From: Podarcis muralis | Lineage: Eukaryota | NCBI RefSeq assembly: GCF_964188315.1 | Contig: NC_135667.1 | Span: 11,532,001-11,596,000 of the forward strand | DNA: 64,000 nucleotides | Reading direction: 5' to 3' | In this document: one piece after another, positions 47,501-58,587 of the stretch | How the letters are laid out: each line of letters begins with the position of its first letter | How positions within the stretch are numbered: the first letter of the stretch is position 1 | Program-made: the position numbers and the translations under genes | The notes under the pieces: generated by a model | What the model was told of the DNA's origin: nothing | Database searches by the model: none | What the model saw: the letters and a program-made list of their open reading frames with translations, nothing else

Positions 47501-50500
47501 GATTTTTTGAAACTATATATGTTCTTGTCTTTGTCTTTTTTGTGTTGGAAAATTAATAAAAATTATTTTTTTTAAAAAAAAAGAGATGATGGGCAAGAAA
47601 AGGGTCAGGTGCTCGTGTTCTCAAGACATTATATTACTGCAACATGGAAACATGTAGCTGTAGCCCTTATGTTAGGCGCTTGAGTTTCTTAGTTCAGGGC
47701 ATCCATGATTTCTGTTTGTGTGTAGCTGTATGCTGCTCTGTATTAGTTACTGTGCATTTAGTCAATGTAAGCCCTCTTCTGATAACCAAGAAGCCTCTTT
47801 TTGAGCAGTCTTGTGTTAGTATATGTTCCTTGGTAATAGGGACTATTTAGGACACACAGTAGAGCAGTGTGCAATTTTCCCCCATATGAAAGTCCTCACC
47901 TCTAAAGGGAATATCTTCTAGGTGAACATGTGAAGGGGCTCTCACAGCAAACAATGGCAAACACACTACAACTTTTGCCATGCCTCTAGATGTACTGGAC
48001 TCTTCCACTAGACAAGACATATCCAACACAAGTGGAGGGCATCAGCTCTTGGCTACAGCATGTCACACCACTGTGCTCTACACAGGACATAAGAAATGAG
48101 AGGGGCTTTATTGAAGATAGACAAAATGTCCCCAGAATTCATGTTCTTCTATAAGAAAGTCAGCCTGCCACTGAAAAAGAATCTTTGCTGATCATGCTAA
48201 AAGCATGGAAAGAAGAAGTAGGTAAACTGTCCCCAACCCCATCCCTACTAATACCCCTGGCACACCACCCACTATTCCACCGTGCAGAACAAAATCTCTG
48301 GATAAAAACATGGCAAGCCAAAGGCTTATACAAAAACAGCAAACCCTTATCAACACAAGAAATACAAGACAAACTAGGGGCTACCCAGATGTCCTGGCTA
48401 TCCCATCACATGCCCTCCTAAACAACGCAGTAGTAAAATATTCAGCAACTAGGCCCTTGAAAACTTTCGAAAACCTCCTCCTAACATCAAAGGGACACAG
48501 CAAATGGATGGTACCCACAATATACAAAATACTGCTCCAAAATCTCATATCCCCCTTGTCATAATAAAAAAAAAATTGGGCGGATGCCATAAGACATTAG
48601 ATTAACACCACCCAATGGACTAAAATGTGGTCTAAACCTCCCTTTAAAGCCATATCAACAAAAAGGAAAGAACTCACTCTGACACTCACTTACAGATGGT
48701 ACCTAACACCATGGAAACTAGCGCTAATACACCCAGGAACCTCACCAAGATACTCAAGAGGATGCACCTCCACAGGCACATACCTCCATATATGGTGGGA
48801 ATGTCCCCAAATCCAACCCTTCTGGACAGCAATCATATAAGAAATACGCAAAATAACTAAGCAAGTATTAGAAGTCACCCCAGAACTGACCTCACTAAAC
48901 ATATTCCAAGATAATAAAGACCACTCACATGATAAAGAAATATCATAGCCAGACACTGGAGAGACCTGTCAGGAGTAAGCATGGACCAATGGTATCAAAT
49001 AGTATGGGAAACAGCCTTATTAGAAAAATGAACCAATAAACTGAAACTGACAAGGGGACAAATAGAAGAAGACGCCTTTACACCGATATGGTTCCCCGTT
49101 ATCACATACACAGCTCAACAACACAATAACAAGAATCTGCCGACAGCATACAAATCAATCTGGCTAAGCTGATTCAAAAATACACCCCCACCCTCCCCCA
49201 CCTCACTACAGCTAACCAAAGACAAACAACCACACCCTAAGCCACCCCAACCTCTCTCAACACCAAGCAAATATAACAAGTGAATAGTCGGAGAACCCAT
49301 ACAAGTAACGCTGACCCAAAACCCCAAACATACACTAAGTAGAAGAATAGAAGAATAACCACACGACCTATTCCCCCATCCCCTCTTTTCTTCCTAACAA
49401 GCCCCCTCTGTTCTATCCCCTTTGTTTCCCCTTTGTTTATACCAATTCATGAACCAAGAACTTATACATTGACCACTAATAATGAAACATACCGGTATGT
49501 TGCAGATATTACTCCACATTTATTATTCTTGTGATATACAAAAGACATGAGAAAACTTGGTATACCTATTTGTATAACTTTATCCTTGTTTATAAACCCC
49601 CCCCCAAGTTATTTTTTTAAAAAAATTGCTTTGATGTCAGACAGGGAAAGTTCAAGCAAATATTTTCTAGAATCATAGGATCATATAATTAGAGTTGGAG
49701 GGGAGCACAATAAAATTAGTTAATGTTAATTTTGATGTATTAAGATTTATGATTTTATTTAATATAAATAATTGACAACCCATATCGTACATCAATGGAG
49801 TGCACAACACTGAGCATGTTATATAGTAAAGACTTTGTAACAAGAAACGCTACCTGCCAAGGCTCTACATTCTGAGGAAAGAGTCTGTTTCTGTCCTTTG
49901 TCCTTTTGCAGATGGCTTCAGATGAGCACCTAATACGTAAGGCATGTGCCAGAGCATAGACAGCATTATAGATACTGTAGCTGTGGCCAGTCATGCTCAT
50001 TTCAAAATATGGTGTAGGGAGGTTCTCCAGCAATTCCTCTCCAGTACATGTACCCAAAATGCCTGCCATTGCAGTGGCGTTTGAAAGTGAACAACCAAAC
50101 GATTGTTCCCAGAAATGCTTGATAAAACCATCTTCGTCTTGTCCAGAAGGCTTTACATCCTGCAGAAAGTTTGAGAAGTCTTGAATCTCCTTGGAGTGAA
50201 TCGTAATGGAGATAGCACCTTGGAGCATTTGTATATTAATGTCAATAACTTTACTGAAAATTTGATTTGATATGAAATCTATTTGGGCTGTTGTAATCCA
50301 TACTTTCCAATCAGGTTCTTTCCCCGCAAATTGCTGAAGAATTAGCCGAATCATAATCTTTGGAATTATAACACCTGTAAGCCATATAATCGATGTACTT
50401 TCTCCATATATAACAACTGCATTTGCTTTGCTTGTAATGAAATTTTGCGAGAAAAGCTTTGATTGATCCACTATATGAAATATGTTACCACTGAAATGCA

Positions 50501-53500
50501 AATAGTAATCTGTTCTTTCTGTGAACGCTGAACATATTCCATTCTTGAAAAGCATTGGTTCAATGGTCTGCAAGAACTGATCTCCAGCTTCATTAGCTGG
50601 AGTCATGAGCCCAACCCATTTCCATCTGAAATGCAGAAGTAGCTGGATAATTCCCTTGTACTGAAGATCTTCATTGGGGACCATGCGATAAAAGGAAGCG
50701 AATTTGATGTGATCATTTATGGCCGGTTCAAAAGAACCATATGAAATCTGAGAAAGAAAAAAGCCAAACTTTTCCATGTGGAAACAAGAATTCACAACAC
50801 ACTCATTTATCTAATATAAATCCTATGCATTCCATCTTTTCTAATCTTAGAGAAAGGGCTACCCTCCGATTTACATAGAAAAACGCACAAAACAAACAAT
50901 CTTGCTCATTTATTTATGTAGATATTAATTTCTATTATTGTGGTGTCATCACAGTCGCATACATGTACACATGGATTGTGTCAAAATCAGGAGAGCATTT
51001 ATCCCTGCTCGTTTCCACATACTGCTTGGATACATCAACATAACTTGATTGTGGAAATGGAGGGAGACAAACCATTGATCATGTTCTTCTGGTCTATAAC
51101 CTTTAAAGCAATTGTAGAGAGACTTTGATGGTTTATGTACTAAGAACTTTCATGGGAGTTCTCCTGTAGATTTCCTGGACATAATACTTTTTATTCTTTT
51201 GTGAACAACAATAAACCATATCCTATATAATGAATCAAAATACTAGCAAAAATTAAGGCAATTAAAATGAAGTTCAGTAATGTAGCAGAGCAACACAAAA
51301 ATGGTACCACTATTTTTCTCACCCCAAGTGCCAGAAAAATAACAAGAAAAGTGCTTTTCATTAGCCTCTGAAAGAGGACAGTGCTGAATAACATCACACT
51401 TCCACAAGGCGGGAATTTCATGATTCCTAGGGAAACACCATTCTTGTCCTGAGTCATTTATGCCTCTGCAAGTGATTATTAGCAGCATGAATTGGGATTG
51501 GTACTTTTCAGACAGTTAGGACAATGCTTGCAGGATTGCCCAATCCTCCACTAAATATATTAAACACATCTTTGGGAACACGGCTCTCTCATAAAAGTTG
51601 GTTTATGCACATACTAACGTCCTCAAATATATCGATATATGGCAACCATTTTCCTTTTTTGACTTGATGCTTATGAATCAACAGCTTCCTAGTTGAAGGA
51701 GTGTAGAGTGAACTACAGAATGACATATCTATATTATGTACCTGTGGAATTTTGTAAAGACCTAAGACATCTGCCATGGATGAGGAGGTGTCAGAGCTAA
51801 GTCCCCCAATGACTCCTACTATTTTTTTCTGATTTCCGCATATGTAGTTGGGGACAAAGTGATGTGATTTAAAGAGAAGATCCAGAGTGTTTTGGTAGGT
51901 CATCCTTGAATCAGAACAGCTATCATAGATGTGGAATCCAAGCGTGGCATTGGGCAAGATCTTGGGATTCCCATTGATCTCATCAACAGCAAACACCAAG
52001 GCGAGGATGTGTTGGTAGAACTTTCTAATCACCCTACAAATAAAGTGTGTTACTATTTTATGGGGAATAAAGCAGTGCACAACATCGAGATGTCAGAGAT
52101 TAAACTGCCTCTGTTAAATATTCATGTAAATATTGAAATTGCTTTGTGTGTTTAGAGTTAATGTTTGGATGTCTCCTCCATCCAAGTTAGATTTTTTAGT
52201 TGTCTGAACACATAGGTTGAGAAGAGATCTTCACTTATGAAGCTTCAGGTTTTTTAACCATGTTGCTCTTTATCACTAGAAACAAGAACTGTGCCACATG
52301 GCTATGCTACAGTTATTGAAATCAGTTCGATATCCCTTTGTCAGTACATAGCTGTCCCTAGCAATAGAAATGGTATGATATTAAACAAAGGAATTGGCAG
52401 CTGCCATTTTGAATATGAAGAATGCCCAGTGATGAGCTAGCAGTGATGATAGTAAAAGGGCTCTCCTCCCATTATTACTAAGCGTATTTAAAATGTATCC
52501 CTGAATGTTTGCAATGTACTTTAGACATGCCTTCCATTTTGAACCATCCTTCACTAATGCAGCTCAAGCTGGGCTTCATAGTTCTCCTCTCTCCCCTTGT
52601 CTCCCACAAAAGTGCCTAAGTTGTAGGTGACCCAGAAAATGGAGATTTGAACCCAAAGGTTGCCATGATGTATTACTGTGGGCAGGAGGATCAATGGCTA
52701 GAGAGCAAGTGATGGTGATCTGAAACTGCACCAGCTCAAACACAGTTGAAGTTTCATATCTTCATCTTTACCAGCACTGCGTCCACAACCAGCTATCTGG
52801 AAGAGCTTGAATATTCTTTTGTCATCTGGCCAAGACAGCATTTCTCTAATAAAGTTAGCAGCCTGCTGCTATGTCTTTGGAAATACTTTAGAGATGGAAT
52901 CAGTTTCAGACAGAATTGCATGATACAATTGGATCTTGTCAAATGGTATGCAGTGCACTCTCTGTTCCATTTTTGCTGGAACAGTTTTGATTATTGTGGC
53001 CAGAGGATGTAGTGAATGTGCTTGAAGAAATGAAGTTGTCAAACTGACCCCTTGACCCTTGCCTGTCTTGGCTTTTTAAATGGAGCTTTATAGGATTGAC
53101 TGGCAGTGGCAGACTTGGGTACTATGACACCTATTGCAAGGCTGAAAATTTGCACCCACGTAGACCTTGCATTGCCTTCCCTTAGGAAGGAATCACAAGG
53201 CTCTGGCAGGGTCCTAGAATCCTTCCATCTAATTCTCAAAGCTGAAAAATTGCTAACTAGGCTTTGTGAAGGAGGCAGGAGGAGTCCAGAACCTAGTCAG
53301 ATACTCATGGTTCTCTACTCAAGCCCAGTGCCTGGCTTACCCGGCTTTGAGGCAGTGCTCCCATGGCTCTGTATCTGATGTGTGTACACTGCTCGCACAA
53401 CCCTAATTCTGCCTCTTTGACTGGGGAAGTTCAGTGAGTTTTCTATGCTTCACTGGATAATAGACACATACTGTCCAACTTGAAGCAGATTATGGTGTGT

Positions 53501-53882
53501 CTCCTCTTTCTCTGAACCAAAAATAAAATATTCTTATAAATTCTTATGACTTTTTTAAAAATAAATTAAAAATATTTTTTCATAGCATTTTTTCCAAAGC
53601 AAAAGTACTTTCTAGGTGGATATAAATGTCTAAGGAATAAAAGAAATAATCTTAAGGTCCATTTACTTACACTGGATTGTCAATAAAGTCGTGTGATGGG
53701 TGTTGATGGAAGGAAATGCTGGGGAATACGTAATGGATATGAGACACTATCCCACCAATGATAAGGTCCCCTTGTTCATACCACTCATGGGGAATATGCA
53801 CAGGGTTATTTCTGCTGCAAACAACAGTGTGCACTTGGGGAACCATATTGGGAAGCAGTAGGAGAAGCAGCAGCAACAACAT
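40656..53882 (-). CDS. V2R gene D, 6 exons, intact, 884 aa
   Basis: Exons 53671-53882, 51742-52033, 49854-50747, 45258-45485, 42035-42161, 40656-41557; canonical splice sites, open frame. Confidence 0.92.
42035..42161 (-). CDS. V2R D exon 5
   Basis: 127 bp, [14 protein letters not shown]...[17 protein letters not shown]. Confidence 0.92.
43119..43676. mobile_element. Solo LTR-like element, gene D intron 4 (shorter variant)
   Basis: Same termini, 558 bp versus 691 bp. Confidence 0.58.
44014..45226 (+). mobile_element. Internally deleted Ty1/Copia LTR retrotransposon relic (gene D intron 4)
   Basis: Starts TGTTGG, ends CCAATA, TSD ATGTC/ATGCC; PBS GGTTATGGGCCCAG at 44042-44055; gag ([18 protein letters not shown]), degenerate zinc knuckle [14 protein letters not shown], protease-like FDSGA, RT-like [10 protein letters not shown] scrap. 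Confidence 0.88.
44117..44937 (+). pseudogene. Frameshifted Copia gag
   Basis: Two overlapping ORFs (44117-44452 and 44437-44937) together give a Copia gag ending in the zinc knuckle. Confidence 0.8.
45258..45485 (-). CDS. V2R D exon 4
   Basis: 228 bp, hand-translated [17 protein letters not shown]...HRAFTR, no stops. Confidence 0.91.
45775..47582 (+). mobile_element. 1.8-kb non-autonomous poly(A) retroposon with CpG-rich 5' region and one ORF (L1-mobilised type)
   Basis: 15-bp TSD GAGATGATGGGCAAG (45760-45774 and 47583-47597); AATAAA plus A-rich tail; empty site in A, B, C; no RT or endonuclease motifs seen. Confidence 0.85.
46607..47197 (+). CDS. 196-aa ORF of the retroposon, function unknown (charged, possibly coiled-coil N-terminal half)
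   Basis: Uninterrupted ORF with strong Kozak context ACAATGG; no recognisable L1 ORF1 RRM motif. Confidence 0.5.
   Translation: MAADGKVLAEIERMFYLVGILQEQSLAMNKQLMTLTSGISSSAECIEDLNEKESAAGLEMISQEVEETKQGKEKAKMESTNQKFTLVEYKQGDFGITLITNLRKMQKTKEEAPGVYGIQVFKTKKKFDWGPHSDSEDAWPVELLQQLFLNILVGREPGLMGIELLRDSTTNIKDYQQDRRRGTERNLKASDVRNPG
48190..49620 (+). mobile_element. 5'-truncated L1-type LINE, gene D intron 3 (no LTR insert)
   Basis: ORF remnants 48185-48421 and 48625-48840 ([10 protein letters not shown]...HIWWECPQ). Confidence 0.83.
49854..50747 (-). CDS. V2R D exon 3
   Basis: 894 bp, one codon longer than A-C. Confidence 0.93.
51742..52033 (-). CDS. V2R D exon 2
   Basis: 292 bp. Confidence 0.93.
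53671..53882 (-). CDS. V2R D exon 1
   Basis: Same protein as B exon 1 except Q for K. Confidence 0.87.
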
Positions 53883-55045
53883 CCTGATCACAAATATCCT
53901 TCTACCCTTCTACTCTCTACAATATTGTTACTATCACCAGCCTGACTTGAACAGGATGTATTTGGTGACAGCCGACTTTGGCAATTCTGTTGCCAATTAA
54001 AGGGTCAGGAATCCACTTTCACTGTTACCAAAAAAAGGAATTGAATGCTAAATAATCTAGAGTGATTTGAAACTTGACCTATACAATGAAAGAGGGAAAC
54101 TGACTGAAATAACAGAGCCTGGCCTCCTCTCTCCTCCCTTACCATAGCTGTCAATGGAACACTGGGGTGCTTTTCATCTTTTCAGAATTAGTTTTTGATT
54201 CTTTATTTTTCATTATGCCTTCTGGTGCTTTGCCAGGTGATTTGATTATAGTAATTTTAATAATTACAGGGCAGATAACCTTTTGTGCTATGTCTTTGGA
54301 CTCTATGTTGCATCAGGAATGGGAAGATTTCCGAAGTAAACATATCGGTCACATCACAGAATCAGAGATGTCTAAGGTCATCAAGTCCAGTCTTCTTGCT
54401 AATGCAGGACATCCATAACTACAAACAAAAATAAAATTTGTCTCATTTCCTACTGTTATTGGCCCACACACTCTCTGACATCTGTAACATTTATTCCCCG
54501 TTGCTGGATCTTGGAAACAATGATGGAAAGGGTCCAAACCATATCAGGATATAGAGACCCTGGATATTACTGTCCTGATACATTTGAAAGAACGCATATC
54601 TACTGTTTGAAGCAGAGTGGTATGCTTGGGAACAACTGTGCCATCCGTCTTTTACACTAGTAAGAAGTAGTAATTCCAAAGACTAGGTGGTCTATCACTG
54701 TCAGGCAGTGATAGGCAGTATTTTTCCCTCCAGATGGATTACAGCTTTCATCATCCATGATAATAATAGCCAATTGTAAGCTGATGTGAGATGTAGTCCA
54801 GCAACATTAGGAGGGCAACAGATTGGGTACCCTTGGTGTAAGGAAGGTTTGGGCTGTTGAAAAAATGCCTTGTGTCTGGTGTCATGCTGCACTGTCAGGG
54901 CTTTGTCAAGTATTTGAGCCCTCTGAGCCTGAAGCAGTGTTCATGGGAAGGTGAGTCACTTCCTGACTCCCTTCCCAGCCCAATCTCAATGCAGGTATAA
55001 GATTACAGAAGCGTAGAAGTCCCAGTTTATCCTTGAAGTTTTAAG

Positions 55046-55049
<4 letters not shown>

Positions 55050-55092
<43 letters not shown>
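55050..55092. repeat. (TG)21 microsatellite, paralog of 25106-25136
   Basis: Read directly. Confidence 0.95.
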
Positions 55093-55094
<2 letters not shown>

Positions 55095-55975
55095 GGCAGG
55101 TATAGAAACATTGCCTGTGAAGAGATCTTTCAAGAAAGAATTTTATTTTGAAACAGTGGAATAGTTAGAGCAAAGAACAAACAAATAAAACCCTTCCCAC
55201 TTAACAGTGACTAGATTTGTTCTTTAAAGGAAACCGACTCTGCCTCACAGTCCTACTTAGATATCCCTTATTTCTCAACTTTTTGGCAAATAGTAGAGTT
55301 CTGTTTAGGTTCCCATTAGTTCAAATTATAGCTGACCCTCTTTTGTATTTTTACCCAATGGTAGGAAAAGTTTCAAAGAAATAATAATTATGCAAAAATC
55401 AAAAAATGATGAGATGAGCAGAGAAAGGGAGGGTCCTAGCTCAGTAACATCTTAGATGGCACAAGGCTTTTACATTCTCTGGGGAAGACATACCTGAGGA
55501 GCAGATAGGTCTCAGACTACACACAATTTTCCCAGGCTAGTGCCTGCCTCCACTTCTTGCCTGATATTCCTTTCCAACAGCCACAGATCATACAACCCAA
55601 ACTGCCCAAATTCTTCCATAATTTGGACGGAGACTTGGTTGAGTCTTGTGCATGGCTCGGATATATTGAGCAATGCTCTCACTCAACATAAGGCAGCTTA
55701 CACTGTTCCCTTTCCCCTTTTCTCTATCTGCAGTTTCCAACGCACCCCAACATCTGCTCAGGAGTTTCAGAACCTATTGGGAAAGTGGATGCCAGAAAAT
55801 TAGAGTAAGGGATTAGAGTAACCCAATTCATTTCCATATCATATGTAACTATGCTGGATCCCATGAACATAAATGATAAGATAAGCTCTTCTGTTATTTT
55901 GACCACCACATCTGACACTAGCCAGAAAGATTACAGAGCCTAACTCCCAACATAAATTACAATCTCTTCTGTCAT

Positions 55976-56877
55976 TTATGCTTTGCTCCGTATCAGCTGT
56001 TCTCTGTTATTCAGCTCAGGCCTCATCACAATAATGTAGCATTTAGGGAAAAAGAGGCAAGCCAGCAGCCCAGCACTGGAAGCCAAGATGGAGAAAATCT
56101 CCACAGCCACCATGTATTTTCCTTTGGTGCTCAGGTACGTTGGAATAAAGGAGAGCCAAACACTGCAGAAAACCAGCATGCTGAAGGTGATGAACTTGGC
56201 TTCATTGAAACTGTCAGGCAACTTCCTGGCTAAGAAGGCCACAGTGAAGCTGATAATGGCCAGGAAGCCCATGTAGCCCAAAACACAGTAGAACATCAAG
56301 ACTGACCCTTCGTTACATAATATTATAATTTCTTCATTCATTGAGTGCATGTCCAAATCTGGGAATGGGGGAGAGGTTGCCAGCCATAAGACACAGATTC
56401 CTACTTGAACAATGGAGCCAGAGAGGACAATGGTGTAAGCCAGCTTTTTGCCTACCCATCTCCTGATCCTGGACCCTGGCTTGGTAGCCATGAATGCCAA
56501 AACCACCGATACGGTTTTGGCCAAGATGCTGGAGAGGGCCACAGAGAAAATGATGCCAAAACTTGTTTGTCGGGGAAGACAGGTCACCCACCTTGGTTTT
56601 CCAATGAACATCAAAGTGCAGAGGAAACACAAGAGGAGGCAGAGTAGAAGAATATAGGTTAGGGTTCTATTGTTGGCTTTGACTATGGCAGTGTCCCTGT
56701 GCTTAACGAAGATGCCAAGCACAAGAATTGTGATCAGAGAGAATAAAAGTGCACAGAAAGTTGAAACGATGGCCAATGTTTCATCAAAGCCCAGGAAGTT
56801 TGCTGTCTTTGGAATGCATTGATCCTGGCCTTCATTTGGATACTGACCTGCAGGGCATCTGGCACATATTTCAATCT
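55976..56877 (-). CDS. V2R E exon 6 (7TM)
   Basis: 902 bp, (E)IEICARCP...IRSKA*. Confidence 0.94.
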
Positions 56878-58553
56878 CTGAAAATACAATGTACAATCAT
56901 TTTAAAGAACCATGATTATGCTAAAGAATGTTGTTATCTGAAGTACGGGAGATTTTATGCAGCCAAACAACTGTACATTATTGCTAGTAAGTAAGGGAAC
57001 TACAGAGCTGTAAATTTATAGAAAGGTCTCCGTGATATCACTTCTCCAAGAAGTGAGGAAGTATGGTTTGTTTTCTGATCCTCTCTCTCTCTCTTCTGTT
57101 TGAACCATGCAACTGACCACATGCATCACGCTGGAGCTCCTTAGCCCAGTTTCAGTGCTTGAAGATATGGATTCTATTTTGTAACAAAGAATACCTTGCC
57201 TGTATTTGCTTCTGCTGTAGCACTGATTGATGCCTGAGATTTGTGATTACTGCATGTAAAGCATTTAACTGACTAATGGTTGTTGACTATTCACTCCGAG
57301 AGGGGAGTGAATTGCATTGTAAGCACTAAATTTAAACACTATAATCAAATTCTGCTGGGTGCTGTTTTGGCTAAAGAGTGAGTCAAGCTCTGCACATTTT
57401 ATTGAATTTAGGCAGTTAGTCATGAATGCTTTTGCCCTAGATGCTTACAAAATCAACTCATGTAACAAATGTGGATAAGCTGTATGCTTTTAGTGGTGCT
57501 TTTCTGTTTTTCTCAGGACCACAGATATTGCATAGTTAAACAAGAGAAATATTGTTGCTGAAATATTGGCCACAGAAAGGTGTTTTTGACAGGACTTTTA
57601 TAGTCTCCCCCAAAAGCCTTGTTTCTAGAGAAGGGGCCACCACTTTTATTCCACTGTAAATTAGTCAATGTTGGTGGTAAATTCATCACCCACCTTTCTA
57701 AAATATATTCTTTTTAAAAAAGTGAAGATACAATCTTGAAGAATGTGTTCTAGAAGGATTATATTGATGTTATCTATAAACAATAAGGACAACACATCAA
57801 GCCATAATTTAAGACTTCCCTCCTCCAGAAATTAAACTCAACAAAATTGTCAAGGAGTGCAGTGCTTACTAAAATAAATTGTATTGTTTTGTATATATTT
57901 ACATGCTACCTCCCACATTTCTCATTTGAGAACATCTCATGTGGGCATGGATCTGCCCAGAATATACTAACATGAATTGTATAGTATATGCTAACACGGC
58001 ATCTCTCACCCTTGTCATTTGAGAACGTCTCATGTGGACATGGATCACAATCATAACAGCAAAACTTCTCCCCCTCCTTCTTTTTCTTCCCATAACCAGG
58101 ACGGCAATTGGCATTACATATTGAAAGTGGTGGTTCCTATCCGAAGATATGGGATAAGGTTAATATTAAGAAAATGTTTAAATTCATATAACATAAGGTG
58201 ATCTATCAGTAAATAGGAGGGCCAATATTGTGGAATATATAATCCATATGTACACAGGTGACTCATGAAGTGGAGTCTGGTGGGATGCTCTGTCACAAGA
58301 GACTAGGGCCCTGCGGGACTTGACATCTTTCCACAGGGCCTAAAAAACAGAGTTGTTCCACCAGGCCTTCTGTAAGCCTCATAGAACTCTAGCCCAATGG
58401 TTGCCATTAATTCGACTCTGAATTGATTTTAGAATGAATTGGTTTTAGAATGTATTTCAATTAATGGATTATGATTTTATGTAAACTGTGTTATTTTCAC
58501 TGTTGTTAGCCACCCTGAGCCCAGCTTCGGCTGGGGAGAGCGGGATATAAATA

Positions 58554-58587
<34 letters not shown>

